IMG/VR virus record: IMGVR_UViG_3300043449_000416
Location: 1-60,451 of that record
DNA: 60,451 nucleotides
Reading direction: 5' to 3' (one strand)
From: a virus
Part shown: positions 1 to 9,663 of the stretch, piece after piece
How positions within the stretch are numbered: position 1 is the first letter of the stretch
Layout of the letters: each line of letters opens with the position of its first letter
Position numbers and translations under genes: made by a program
Notes under the pieces: generated by a model
Databases searched by the model: none
Told to the model about the DNA's origin: nothing
Seen by the model: the letters and a program-made list of their open reading frames with translations, nothing else

Positions 1-126
1 TTACTTCTGGACGCACAGTGTTTGTATTTGCGGAACGCGCTATCGTATCCTGCAATAGGACATCATTTAGTGGAGAGCTGTTCGCCCGACGTACTCGTTC
101 TTGGAGATTAGGTAGCCCTTCGCGCC
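1..126. repeat. Terminal redundancy: nt 1-126 are identical to nt 60326-60451 (circular/permuted genome or assembly overlap)
   Basis: Direct comparison of the first and last lines of the window; an ORF reads in frame through the repeat. Confidence 0.85.
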
Positions 127-817
127 CCGATAGTTCGAAGCTAGGCGTAGTCATTTCAGTGAACGACGGAAGTTGGGCCGCGTCCACCCTCTCTCCAAAA
201 GACGGCAACCCTTCGCGCCCTGCGTAACGCTCGAACACAGGAGGTAAATTATATGGCTGCGTATCGGGCGGGAATACCGACGCGGTCGGTTCTCTATAGG
301 AAGGGTTTACGGCGGTGATACTATCGCCAACAGGCTCCATACCCATCATGCGACTACGCTCAGCACGCTGCTCCACATTGGCTATGACGCGAGCCGCCCC
401 TTCTTCCCCAAGGGATTCGAGGTACTCATCCACACTCATACCCAGCTTGTTGGCATAGGCAATCACAGCGGGGTCAGTCTTAACCTTGTCTCCCTTAGCC
501 ATCTTCTTGACCGGCCCGCCAGCGTACATAGCCTGCACGCCTGTGTTCTGCGCCATGTCAGTGCTCGGGGCTAGGGCTCGCGCCATATCAGCGATACCAC
601 CCTGCGGGACTCCTGCAGCTGCGATAGCCTCTTGGGCCACCGTACCTTGGTCGCCTTTGGCATTCTGCGCGGTGAAGTCGTCCTTCATGCGCTTGCGGCG
701 CATGATTTCCCCAAGAACAAGAAACTGCGGGGCGCTACCCGAAGGTGTCTGCATTTCCCGCACGAGCTGGTCTTGCGAGAAGTTTTTCAACTGATCTTGG
801 AGTTGGACGATGTTCAT
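1..817 (-). CDS. 5' part of a virion protein gene split by the window junction (ATG at 817-815, continues past nt 1 into 60379..59282; about 619 aa in total)
   Basis: Manual minus-strand translation from the ATG at 817 is open to nt 1 (MNIVQLQDQLKNF...GGPVKKMAKGDKVKT...) and runs in frame into ...LQDTIARSANTNTVRPEV, the N-terminus of ORF 59282..60379. TAATG overlap with the stop of the upstream 412-aa ORF. Confidence 0.55.
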   Translation of the reverse strand, partial: MNIVQLQDQLKNFSQDQLVREMQTPSGSAPQFLVLGEIMRRKRMKDDFTAQNAKGDQGTVAQEAIAAAGVPQGGIADMARALAPSTDMAQNTGVQAMYAGGPVKKMAKGDKVKTDPAVIAYANKLGMSVDEYLESLGEEGAARVIANVEQRAERSRMMGMEPVGDSITAVNPSYREPTASVFPPDTQPYNLPPVFERYAGREGLPSFGERVDAAQLPSFTEMTTPSFELSGREGLPNLQERVRRANSSPLNDVLLQDTIARSANTNTVRPEV

Positions 818-2055
818 TAGCCATACGCCTTATAGAGAGAAAGTCCTGTGAGTCCTGCGCCGAGAGCCTGTTGCGCCGGGTTGGTGTAGACCGATCCAGT
901 TGTGGTCGAGGTTCCAGCATTTGCTACAGGCAGGCCGCGCAGGATGTCTGAGTAGAAGCCCAGCTGATCTTCTGGATAACCTTGCTCACGTAGGTAGTCC
1001 TGATAGCCGATATCCAATCCAGCCTGCTGTTCGGCCATTTGGTCTTTACCAATGCTCTCGAGCAACTGGGCATTTTGGATTTCAGTCTCGCGCTCTTTTT
1101 CGCCGAGGCCTGCCAGCTGCTGCCCCGCCCGACCTGCTGCATCCAGTGCCGCCAGACCTTGGCTTGCGCCGAACTGACGTGATGCTTCCGTATCGGTCTG
1201 GACGCGTGCGAGCTCCGCTGCTTGTGCTGCCTGAATACGTGCGGCCTCTGAAACGCTGATGCCCTGCACTCGGGCCATTTCTTCGGCTCTGGCTCTCTGT
1301 ACCCGAGCCGCCTCGGCAGCTGTAGCGCCTTGGTACCGGCCAGCCTCGCCAGCCTGTGCTGTTTCTGTCGCCATCCGAGCCGCGCGGTCAGCCTCGAACA
1401 TTCTTTGGGCATCCCCGTATGCGGAAGACAGCCCCTGAGCTTGAAGTTCCCCTTGACGCCGCAACAAGTCGCGCTCGGCTAGACCCTCTTGAACACCTTG
1501 GCGCGATCCACCGTAAGCACCTGCGGCCACTGCGCGAGAACTGCGGCCTTGCCGCGCGATGTCATAATCCTCTTGTGCCTGATCTTTCTGGAATTTGACC
1601 ACGTTCTGCATGTACGGGTCCATGTACTGGGATATTGCGTCACCAGTGAACTGGCCAGCAGGGCCAAACTGAAATTCTTTGAACCCAGCCTCTGAGAAAC
1701 CAGAAAACGGCGAAGCCTCGGTAGCCTTGAAGCCACCGTACTGCGAAAAATCCCCTGTATTGTATTGGCCGAGCTGCCGAGCCAAGTCGATATTCCCGCG
1801 CGCTACACCTTGGGCTTCGCCCAGACCTGCGATTCCCGATCCAGCGATGTTACGAGTAAGATCACGGGCTGCTCCAATGTCGGCGTAGTCTGCCGAGTCT
1901 GCAAGCCGCTGGCCACCGTAGGCCTGATATGGCTGTAGAGACTGCTCTTCGACGCGGCCCATAAGCCGTTCGAAGTATGGCATGAACTCCTCGGGGATGT
2001 TCGTCTGCGTAACCGTCTGTTCGGTTGGAGTCGCGCTGCTTCCGCCGGTGCTCAT
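817..2055 (-). CDS. Hypothetical virion/internal protein (412 aa, Ala/Gln/Arg-rich with repeated ARVQ motifs)
   Basis: Long ORF in the late operon; coiled-coil-like repeats (ARVQRARAEEMARVQ...AELARVQ); ATG at 2053-2055. Confidence 0.5.
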   Translation of the reverse strand: MSTGGSSATPTEQTVTQTNIPEEFMPYFERLMGRVEEQSLQPYQAYGGQRLADSADYADIGAARDLTRNIAGSGIAGLGEAQGVARGNIDLARQLGQYNTGDFSQYGGFKATEASPFSGFSEAGFKEFQFGPAGQFTGDAISQYMDPYMQNVVKFQKDQAQEDYDIARQGRSSRAVAAGAYGGSRQGVQEGLAERDLLRRQGELQAQGLSSAYGDAQRMFEADRAARMATETAQAGEAGRYQGATAAEAARVQRARAEEMARVQGISVSEAARIQAAQAAELARVQTDTEASRQFGASQGLAALDAAGRAGQQLAGLGEKERETEIQNAQLLESIGKDQMAEQQAGLDIGYQDYLREQGYPEDQLGFYSDILRGLPVANAGTSTTTGSVYTNPAQQALGAGLTGLSLYKAYG

Positions 2056-2525
2056 GGTAGATTTTCCCTGTACTGTTCGAGGGTCTCATGGTGCGTAAAG
2101 AAGCCCCGGACTTCCATGCTAACCGACTGCATGTAGTCCCGCCCCTTACATATATAGATAACATATGCAATGATCTCTGCATACCAGTCGCGAAGGACGT
2201 AGGAGAACACTCGGTCGTTTGCCGAGCCCTTCTCCAGCTTGTTGGCATCGAGCCAAGCGTTGATCCCTGTCACGATGATTGGAATCAGCTGGTGCTTGTA
2301 CTTATCAAAGAACGGGTTGAGAGGCAGCTCGGTCAGAGCGACAAAAAGCGTGCGGGCAATGTCTGCGTCGGTGACGGGCTTGTCCTTGTCGATGAGGTCG
2401 TCGAAAACCTCGCAGATGTCGCCAAACTGACGGATGAACCAGATGGCGTTCATATCGCCGGTCCACTCTACGAGCTTAGCGTCGCGTAGCTTCCGCCACT
2501 CTTCGGTGTCAAACTCAGGAGTCAT
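2052..2525 (-). CDS. Hypothetical protein (157 aa)
   Basis: ORF with 4-nt start/stop overlaps to both neighbours in the late operon. Confidence 0.5.
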   Translation of the reverse strand: MTPEFDTEEWRKLRDAKLVEWTGDMNAIWFIRQFGDICEVFDDLIDKDKPVTDADIARTLFVALTELPLNPFFDKYKHQLIPIIVTGINAWLDANKLEKGSANDRVFSYVLRDWYAEIIAYVIYICKGRDYMQSVSMEVRGFFTHHETLEQYRENLP

Positions 2526-3598
2526 GCGGCCACCCGTTTACGCAGTTCAGCCGGTGCCTTTGGTCCGGCCCCGTTCACAGCGGATAAGAATCCACCCCCG
2601 AACTTCCTCTCAAGTGCATCAGTAGCATCTTTGCGAAGCACAAACTCGCCATCAGCTAGGAGCACATCTTGTTCCCCGTCAATCGTAGCAGGCACCTTGT
2701 CATCTACACCAGAACCGTCGCCGGGACCGCGGACCATGCCGTTTTCGCCGTTGGCAAAGCGCTCGCGGGTATCATCGAATTCGCCAGACTTCACGGAGTT
2801 TACCAGATCGCGCAGGGCAGACTTGCCGTACTTGGCCAAGAACTTACCGAGGGCAATTTCAGGCTGCGGATGCTGCCCCTTGATGGCAGCGATAGCCTCG
2901 ACGATTTCGGTCTTCTCGTTTGGCTTTTTGACGTCCCCGCCTTTGGCATAGGGGAGCGCGCCTGTATCTCGGTAGGCTAGAATGTCTTCGTATGAATACG
3001 GTCGTCCGATGCCATAATTAAACTCAGGATCGATGCCGGGACGATACCCCAGCGGAGGAGTTAGCTGGACGCGCGGAATAGGTTTCATCTCTATGTCGGC
3101 AGCGATGGGCTTGGCGGCGGTAGGTTTTATTGTTGGGGTTGGAGTAGCCAATGCACCTCCGATCTGTGACCCAATACCCTGCGCAGAGCTCATAAAGTTC
3201 ATACCGTTACGGATTCCACTGCCTAGTGCTCCACTGCCAAAGAACCCCGAATTAGCTGCAGGTTGCGGGGGCATAAGGGAGCTAATACCGCCCGCCGAGC
3301 TAAGCGGGGTGCCTGTCGTCATCGCATTTGCCCCGGTACCAATAGCGCTTTGCCCGGGCATCGGTTGCTGTAGTGCGCCACCCGCAGTGCTGCCCATAAG
3401 CCCGCCGAGAAGCTTGCCACCTAAGAAGGAGCCCAGTCCTGCCTTGAGTCCCGCACCGAGGTCTCGTTGCTCGATGGCTGTCCCAAGGCCTTGACCAACA
3501 GCCCCCGCAATCAGCGGAGTTAGTGAAGCAAGGCCCAGCGCGCTGCCAATGGCGGGGGCGAAGGCGGACCCGAGAAAGCCCAAAATCATAGGAAGCAT
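2522..3598 (-). CDS. Putative internal virion / ejection protein (Gly-rich, hydrophobic N-terminus)
   Basis: 358-aa ORF; N-terminal hydrophobic Gly/Ala-rich segment (MLPMILGFLGSAFAPAIGSALGLASL...), extended Gly-rich low-complexity region; sits in the structural arm. Confidence 0.45.
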   Translation of the reverse strand: MLPMILGFLGSAFAPAIGSALGLASLTPLIAGAVGQGLGTAIEQRDLGAGLKAGLGSFLGGKLLGGLMGSTAGGALQQPMPGQSAIGTGANAMTTGTPLSSAGGISSLMPPQPAANSGFFGSGALGSGIRNGMNFMSSAQGIGSQIGGALATPTPTIKPTAAKPIAADIEMKPIPRVQLTPPLGYRPGIDPEFNYGIGRPYSYEDILAYRDTGALPYAKGGDVKKPNEKTEIVEAIAAIKGQHPQPEIALGKFLAKYGKSALRDLVNSVKSGEFDDTRERFANGENGMVRGPGDGSGVDDKVPATIDGEQDVLLADGEFVLRKDATDALERKFGGGFLSAVNGAGPKAPAELRKRVAA

Positions 3599-3661
3599 GG
3601 CAGTTCCTCTAGCAAGTTTTACACAATTTAGCAGATGCCGCGCTATACGACAATCCGAAGC

Positions 3662-4762
3662 TCATAGCTGTTGCTGCGTTACGGTTACGATTATGGCAGG
3701 CCCTGCCGGATGGAAGGCGGTTGCCGCGAAGGCGTCAAGGCTAACGTTCGTGTCATCAGCCGCCCACATAACTCGGACATATTGGTTGGCCTCTAACGAC
3801 ACATCGTATGTCGCGGAGAACGGAAAATAGGTACCGGTCCCAGTGAGACTGATAGCCCGCGTGGTATCCGGCAGATTTGTGCCGTTCTTCTCCAGCCAGA
3901 TGTACACGCTCTTCGAGCTGGCATTAGTGGATGCGAGCTGAGCAGAGATATCGACGTGGTAGTACCCCGCCTGTGACGCCACAATCCTAGAGGCTGGAGT
4001 GCCGAGCGTAACCCCGTTCGAGATTTCGGTAGCCGTATAGGTCACCGCAGTGGCCGTATTTATAGCTGACAGAGTTTGGTCGGTGCTTGAGATGAATGTG
4101 CCGTAATCCAACCCAATCGGTATGGTCGGCCTAACCATAATTTCTCCGACGGTGGAGCTTACGGTTAGAACTGCAGCGACAGAGACCACCACATCCGGGG
4201 CCGTCGGACGGACCTTGGTAAACCGCCCAGCCGTCGTTGCGGAGGCGTATAGGATATCCCCTGCGACCCAAGTCTGGCTTACTGTGGAGCCCGTGGTATT
4301 TAGACCTCGGACTTTTCCGTAGACTGTGACCGCGCCGACGGCCTGATCGACCATCTCAAAGGTGGTGACGCCGACGAAGTACAGCTCCGGGATAGAGCCG
4401 TTGGCAATGTAGGGAGAGACATTGATCTCGCCGTTTACCCCGGCAAAGCCGACAACGGAGCCGTTCGGGATGGTAGACCCCGTATTGTTCCGGCACCGCA
4501 TGAAGGTCTCAAAGCCGATCTGCTGAGTGACGTCGTTCAGGTGCGTAAGGTTGAACGTGTCCTCGGCGGCGTTGTATGACAACTCCCCAGCATCGATTTT
4601 TTCACCAGACGGGTTTAACGTGACTGTCGTGAAGATCGCATCGCCCGGGTTATTGACCTGCTGCACAAATACCGAGAACGCACGGATGAGCTGGGCCATG
4701 TATTGACGGTTGTAGTTCTCCGGCGGCGTTGGAAAGAAGGGTGCTGGTGCATTACTCGGCAT
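3662..4762 (-). CDS. Putative tail fibre / receptor-binding protein
   Basis: 366-aa ORF rich in Thr/Ser/Gly/Asn/Val, typical of fibre proteins; follows a large tail protein gene. Confidence 0.45.
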   Translation of the reverse strand: MPSNAPAPFFPTPPENYNRQYMAQLIRAFSVFVQQVNNPGDAIFTTVTLNPSGEKIDAGELSYNAAEDTFNLTHLNDVTQQIGFETFMRCRNNTGSTIPNGSVVGFAGVNGEINVSPYIANGSIPELYFVGVTTFEMVDQAVGAVTVYGKVRGLNTTGSTVSQTWVAGDILYASATTAGRFTKVRPTAPDVVVSVAAVLTVSSTVGEIMVRPTIPIGLDYGTFISSTDQTLSAINTATAVTYTATEISNGVTLGTPASRIVASQAGYYHVDISAQLASTNASSKSVYIWLEKNGTNLPDTTRAISLTGTGTYFPFSATYDVSLEANQYVRVMWAADDTNVSLDAFAATAFHPAGPAIIVTVTQQQL

Positions 4763-6624
4763 TACTTCCTCCCGTCCGTTCTGAGATCAAGCCTCGGATC
4801 ACCAAGCCGCCAAGCCGTATTTATCTGACTGGAATCAATACGCAGGGATATTGACCGCCCGCGTAGCCGTGTAAAAATCTGGTTGGTGAACTGTTCCACC
4901 GGAAGGCTTGAGGTCTTGGTGACTGGGTCCGCATCCGTCGCAAAGTAGGCCCCCCCGGGGAAGTTCCGGGCCTTTAGAGTGATAGTTACCGTGGGCGCGT
5001 CGTTCGTTGAGTTTCGGAATGTGAGATCGGGGATGAGCCTAGTGGCGAACATAAAGTTGTCACCGTCCCCCATGTCTATCACACTCGACTCGACATAAGC
5101 AGTTATGGGGGCCGGAGGGTTCACGCTTCCATCATTCAGGCCGTTCTCTTGGTAGTACACATACCCATCCGGCGAGATAGCCAGCGGGTACTGTAGGACG
5201 TTACGATCCAACCAAGCCGTGCGAGAGAGCGTTCCGTAGTACCATACGCGCTGTTCATAGTTATAGACGACGTACTTATCGTTCTCGCTGCTGGCAGCAG
5301 ATGGATAGAACCACCACACCTCAGAAAATGAACTGCAATGACCTGCGTAAATCTTAAGCTGTTGCGAAACGTTCAGATCAGAGAAAACGTATTCCTTCAC
5401 GTCGCATGGAATCTGCACCGCGGCACCGTCATAGATATAGAACTCGTTGCTACCCATCCAGTAAACAGAGTCTCCAACGGCTACGGAAGCATTGGGCGCG
5501 GCAATAGATATAGAGGATGAGACTTCTTGAATTCCGAATGTGTAGGGGGGCCCGATATATTGCATTGCGTGAATGGACACATCGGTGAAGACGAGAATCT
5601 GTTGCTTGGTCTGCACAGCTGATATGATCTCAGACCCGGTACCAATACGCAGTTCACCCGCAGTTGTTGTCGGCAGGGTGCGCCATTCAGCAAGGTTCTC
5701 TTGGTCAGAGAAGCGAATCGTCAGTGGGTCCTGAACACCGGGAGTGCCCTCTGGGTCACAACCAAACGCAATAACGTGCCGATCACGCTCCGATATCATA
5801 ACTAGGCGGGCAACCGTCGGCACTGCCTGAGCGCCGGGGAGCGTCTGCAGTTCAACTCCGCGTGTTGAGAGGCCCGCGCTCTTGTCCCAGTAATAAATAC
5901 GTCCGTTCTGCAGACAGAAGATCAAGTCCTCTCCAAAACTATCCTGCGACCAGATAGGAAGCTGTGCGCTAGGTAGTGTTGTACGCGTCCCTGAACCCCA
6001 AGTCCCGCGAGACCAAGTGCCAGAGCCCCAACCACTGCCTGCGATAGCCGTATCTAGGGCGACGTTGATCTGGTAAGCACCAACGACAGACGCACCGCCG
6101 GTTCCGGTATCCGAGGAATTAGCCGTAGCCGTTGCGGTTATCTGGTATACACCCCCGCTTACGACGTTAGTAACCTGATACTCTCGGTTTAGTACAGAAG
6201 CCGTGATGTTACCGCCGAGGCTAACCGCGCCAGAGAAGGTCACAAAGTCTCCCGTGAGAGCGCCGTGCAGGGTGTCATTCACGTTGATGATATTGGAACC
6301 CGTGGTAGCGGAAAACGTTACGCCGCCGGGCGCTGTCGTGGCGCGAAGGGGGGTGATATCGTTTACCGATCCACCGCTCAGGATGTAGTACTTTAGGTTG
6401 GTGCCACACCCGGTGTACACAGAGCCGTCGAGCGCAGTCCATGTAAGCAGAGACCGCCCAGTGCCAAGCAGCGGATCACGCGTATAGCGGGTCCAGCCCC
6501 CGATAGTTTCAGGTTTACCTGCCCGAAAACGCACAAGGTTCCCATCCCACCATCCGCCCTCATTGGCATAGGCAGTGGTCTCACGGTTAATACCGGGCCG
6601 GAATACGAGTTTTGTGAGTGCCAT
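4762..6624 (-). CDS. Putative tail protein (about 620 aa; likely start at internal Met MALTKLVFRPG)
   Basis: ORF 4762..6720 in the track; the upstream extension overlaps the spanin candidates, so the internal ATG near 6624 is the more plausible start. Gly/Thr/Ser-rich beta-type composition. Confidence 0.45.
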   Translation of the reverse strand: MALTKLVFRPGINRETTAYANEGGWWDGNLVRFRAGKPETIGGWTRYTRDPLLGTGRSLLTWTALDGSVYTGCGTNLKYYILSGGSVNDITPLRATTAPGGVTFSATTGSNIINVNDTLHGALTGDFVTFSGAVSLGGNITASVLNREYQVTNVVSGGVYQITATATANSSDTGTGGASVVGAYQINVALDTAIAGSGWGSGTWSRGTWGSGTRTTLPSAQLPIWSQDSFGEDLIFCLQNGRIYYWDKSAGLSTRGVELQTLPGAQAVPTVARLVMISERDRHVIAFGCDPEGTPGVQDPLTIRFSDQENLAEWRTLPTTTAGELRIGTGSEIISAVQTKQQILVFTDVSIHAMQYIGPPYTFGIQEVSSSISIAAPNASVAVGDSVYWMGSNEFYIYDGAAVQIPCDVKEYVFSDLNVSQQLKIYAGHCSSFSEVWWFYPSAASSENDKYVVYNYEQRVWYYGTLSRTAWLDRNVLQYPLAISPDGYVYYQENGLNDGSVNPPAPITAYVESSVIDMGDGDNFMFATRLIPDLTFRNSTNDAPTVTITLKARNFPGGAYFATDADPVTKTSSLPVEQFTNQIFTRLRGRSISLRIDSSQINTAWRLGDPRLDLRTDGRK

Positions 6625-6691
6625 AGCAATCTCCTGTCCGTAAGATACTACACCACTCGAGAAGTTTAGCCAACATCTCGATCTGGCGAGT

Positions 6692-6919
6692 TTAGGCTCG
6701 CCTGCCGCAGCCCGCGTCAAGTAGTCGGATCAGGTACGCACCGGAAACAGTCGAAAGCGGCCCCCCGTCGTCAGCCAAAGCCCGTGCATGTTCGCTGCTC
6801 GCCGTTTCGGTACCTACGCAGACCGCATCAGTGTTTGCCGCGCTCACGCAACCAATCGTGGGCAGCGTCAGCATCAGACATGCGACCCACTTCGTCCATC
6901 CGTCTCCGTGTTTCAGCAT
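6692..6919 (-). CDS. Candidate o-spanin (lipoprotein-like), overlapping the i-spanin candidate in another frame
   Basis: Alternative-frame ORF with n-region / hydrophobic stretch / Cys (MLKHGDGWTKWVACLMLTLPTIGC...) immediately downstream of the endolysin. The lipobox is imperfect. Confidence 0.25.
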   Translation of the reverse strand: MLKHGDGWTKWVACLMLTLPTIGCVSAANTDAVCVGTETASSEHARALADDGGPLSTVSGAYLIRLLDAGCGRRA

Positions 6920-7064
6920 AATCTTCAAACTCCTCTTGTTTGGCGTCAGCCTGAGCCGCTTTTCTGCCACCAAGCCAGCTAGCTGCTAGCGCGGCAAGGA
7001 CAAGACCAATACCTATAGCCCAGAGTTTTAGACGCACAAAGATCAACGGTCGCCCTCTGCCCAC
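6828..7064 (-). CDS. Candidate i-spanin / small membrane protein with charged C-terminal tail
   Basis: 78 aa; N-terminal TM helix (LWAIGIGLVLAALAASWL) followed by a charged helical tail; adjacent to the endolysin. Confidence 0.35.
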   Translation of the reverse strand: MGRGRPLIFVRLKLWAIGIGLVLAALAASWLGGRKAAQADAKQEEFEDYAETRRRMDEVGRMSDADAAHDWLRERGKH

Positions 7065-7708
7065 TTTTTGATGCGCTCCCGCATAACCCAGAGCGCGGCA
7101 AGGACGACAATCCCGGCAAATACCAATGCGACAATCTGAGCCGTGCCATCTAACGCGCCGACGGCGGCAACACCAGCGCCCGCACCCGAAGCAATCTGTA
7201 TGGTGGAGGCCTGCACGGTGGTGGATTGCGCGACACTTGTGCGCCCCTCAAACTCACCGCCCATAGGGGTCAGAAACAACTTGCGTTCAGCATCGCGGCG
7301 ACGGGTTAAGCCTTTTAGAACCTTGCCGCCAGCCTTGTTCCAAAGCAGAATCGCTTTTGCCGCGCCTTCTTTGTCGCCCGCGTTGAACGAACGAAGGGCG
7401 GATGACTTCTTGAATGCACCGGGACCGATGTTGTAGGCCAGCGACACAAACGCCCCAAATTCGTTTTCGTTAGCTGGCGCGGTGATCGACGGGATGATCT
7501 GAGCGGCAAACTTGGCTAGCGCAGCGTGCAGATATTTTTCCGCGTCGCTCCGGCTGATGGTCATACCTTCACTGGGCGTGATGCCAACGCCCGCCGCTGC
7601 CGTAGTGCCGTAGCCAATGGTCCAAATGCCAGCGGGGCACTTATAGGCCTTCGCACTAAAGCCCTCAAATTCCTTGACCAGATCAACGGTCGCTTGGTTA
7701 ATGTTCAT
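7043..7708 (-). CDS. Endolysin, glycoside hydrolase family 24 (phage lysozyme) with C-terminal hydrophobic segment
   Basis: N-terminal motif VDLVKEFEGFSAKAYKCPAGIWTIGYGTT is the classic GH24 catalytic-Glu / TIGYG signature; C-terminus has Gly/Ala-rich hydrophobic helices (VALVFAGIVVLAALWVM). Confidence 0.8.
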   Translation of the reverse strand: MNINQATVDLVKEFEGFSAKAYKCPAGIWTIGYGTTAAAGVGITPSEGMTISRSDAEKYLHAALAKFAAQIIPSITAPANENEFGAFVSLAYNIGPGAFKKSSALRSFNAGDKEGAAKAILLWNKAGGKVLKGLTRRRDAERKLFLTPMGGEFEGRTSVAQSTTVQASTIQIASGAGAGVAAVGALDGTAQIVALVFAGIVVLAALWVMRERIKKWAEGDR

Positions 7709-7938
7709 TTGCTCCCCACCTTCGCAATGAGTGACTTTATGTCATCGCGGATTTCGCCCAGCATCCTGTTGGTCTCCTCGCGAGACTGCCGGGTCATTTC
7801 CAAATCCTCTTTCCGCTGATACCAAAGCCGTTTGATCTCTCTACCATTTTCAACGCTGCGCGCTTCGAGGCGAATAAGCCAAACAATGGTCGCCACGAAT
7901 GCAGCGGCAACCGGCCAGAAGGTGCGTATAAATTCCAT
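7705..7938 (-). CDS. Putative holin / small membrane protein
   Basis: 77 aa; N-terminal TM segment (FWPVAAAFVATIVWLI) then a charged C-terminal region; immediately upstream of the endolysin. Confidence 0.4.
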   Translation of the reverse strand: MEFIRTFWPVAAAFVATIVWLIRLEARSVENGREIKRLWYQRKEDLEMTRQSREETNRMLGEIRDDIKSLIAKVGSK

Positions 7939-7960
7939 CTCTATGTTACCTTCCTCAGAC

Positions 7961-8302
7961 TTATTCTACGGGGTAGGGGTAGCGCGCTTTGATCTCAGCG
8001 ATCTTCGCGAGCCATTCGGTCTCGGTAGCCTCACCACGCTGCGACATAAAGAAGAGCGGGTCGGCTTCGAGGCTGTAAGCGGCCCGGCGGTTTGCCTCTT
8101 GCTGCTCACGGGTTGGTAGAGGTGGTGAAACAGCTATCCAGCTGCCGCCCGACCACTCATGACCCCGCCCCGGCATAAGAGGAACCTCTACCGTACCTTC
8201 CGGGTACGTTGCTAGAACCTCAACGCTTGGCTCCGAAAGTGTTTGCCAATATCCACGATCAGGGTGAAAAAATCCGCGCTCCATTATCTCAGCTCCGACC
8301 AA
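7961..8302 (-). CDS. Hypothetical protein (113 aa)
   Basis: ORF between tail fibre and lysis genes. Confidence 0.4.
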   Translation of the reverse strand: MVGAEIMERGFFHPDRGYWQTLSEPSVEVLATYPEGTVEVPLMPGRGHEWSGGSWIAVSPPLPTREQQEANRRAAYSLEADPLFFMSQRGEATETEWLAKIAEIKARYPYPVE

Positions 8303-9654
8303 TTTAGGATAGTTGCGGTCCCATTAACGCGATAATAGTGGTTGATGGGGACAATGATGTAAGTATAAGGCCAATAAGATGAGTAGGAAGTCCCTATGTC
8401 AACCCAAGTAGTGTTGTTGGTGGATACCTGAACTGACCGATCAGTCGAATTGCTGAGACGAATGGCAAGTTGGATCGGGCGGCTCGTGGTGTTTTGGTAG
8501 CTCGTGCTAACAGCGCGCGATGCCTCTACATCTTGCCAAGTCTGGCCAGAGCCAACTGCGTTTGTAGCGGTGGTGGCTGTCGCTGCGTTTCCACTAATGC
8601 TGATGCCCCAAGTGCCAGTCGCACCGCTGCCCGCGTTAGAGGGTTTCCCATTGAGCTGGGTCTGGATCGAAGATGTTACCCCATCAACGAAGTTCAGTTC
8701 CGTCACAGTAGCCGTTAGGCCTGTAATCGATGAGGCGCTAGTCGCAGTCGTGGCTGTCGTAGCAGTCGTAGCCGTCGTAGCATTGCCCGTCAGGGCCCCT
8801 ACAAACGTGCCCGCAGTGACGGTGTTCGTCGACGGGTTATAGGTGAAGGTCTGGGTACTATCTTGCAGCAGCCCGTAGTAGCCCGTGTTCGATTGGGTAG
8901 TGTCCGCAAATGGGATCTTAAAGGCTAAAGATCTTGTGTCTGACGTCACCTTAACGGTGTCCGCCTGCGGCGACGTTGAGCTTACCGTGGTAAAGCTAAG
9001 AGTGCCGGTACCGTTGGTGCTCAGAACCTGACCAACTGTTCCATCTGCCGATGGAAAGTTAATGACATCGAGAAACGCCTGCAGGTTGGCATCATATGCC
9101 AGCACGTTCGTCCCAATGACGAGGCCTAAATTAGTACGAGCATCTACAGCGCTAGAGGCTCCGGTCCCGCCGTCGGCAACAGCCAGATCGGTGATACCCG
9201 TAATAGTACCCCCGGTGATCTTGACAGAGTTCATGGCAAAGTTGTCAGTCAGGTTTACAACACCTGCTGCGCCCCCGCCGCCATTAGAGTAAATCACCCC
9301 GCTGTCACCATTGGCGATGGTCACTGTTGTGCCGGAACCCTGCGTGAAGATGACCGACTGACCAGACAGGTTGTAGACGTAATAGATCTTCTGGGCGTAG
9401 TTAGGCGCGATGGTGATCGTATGGGTGGCGCTCGGCGTGCCACCAAGAACCAGAGCCTTGTACTGGCCGCTAGATAAAGTGCCGTCGGATGTCGTGAGCG
9501 TTGACGCGGTACCACTCAGAGGTAGCAAAACCGTGCCATTGATGGCCCGATCAAGGATGTTCATGTTATCGTTGACAACTTCACCCCAGACACCATCGAG
9601 TTCGCCGTCGGCTGGGAGTTCAACCCCGAGGTTATTAGTGTATGTACTGGGCAT
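8284..9654 (-). CDS. Putative tail fibre / tailspike protein
   Basis: 456 aa, Thr/Ser/Gly/Asn-rich; contains the motif ...GGTITGITDLAVADGGTGASSAVDARTNLG that I recognise from phage fibre proteins. Confidence 0.5.
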   Translation of the reverse strand: MPSTYTNNLGVELPADGELDGVWGEVVNDNMNILDRAINGTVLLPLSGTASTLTTSDGTLSSGQYKALVLGGTPSATHTITIAPNYAQKIYYVYNLSGQSVIFTQGSGTTVTIANGDSGVIYSNGGGGAAGVVNLTDNFAMNSVKITGGTITGITDLAVADGGTGASSAVDARTNLGLVIGTNVLAYDANLQAFLDVINFPSADGTVGQVLSTNGTGTLSFTTVSSTSPQADTVKVTSDTRSLAFKIPFADTTQSNTGYYGLLQDSTQTFTYNPSTNTVTAGTFVGALTGNATTATTATTATTATSASSITGLTATVTELNFVDGVTSSIQTQLNGKPSNAGSGATGTWGISISGNAATATTATNAVGSGQTWQDVEASRAVSTSYQNTTSRPIQLAIRLSNSTDRSVQVSTNNTTWVDIGTSYSSYWPYTYIIVPINHYYRVNGTATILNWSELR

Positions 9655-9663
9655 AGGTCATCC

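Noticed and set aside
1-126. True packaged direct terminal repeat
   Set aside because: A gene reads in frame across the repeat and the junction, which fits a circular assembly overlap better than physical genome ends; kept as a finding to be checked with read termini.
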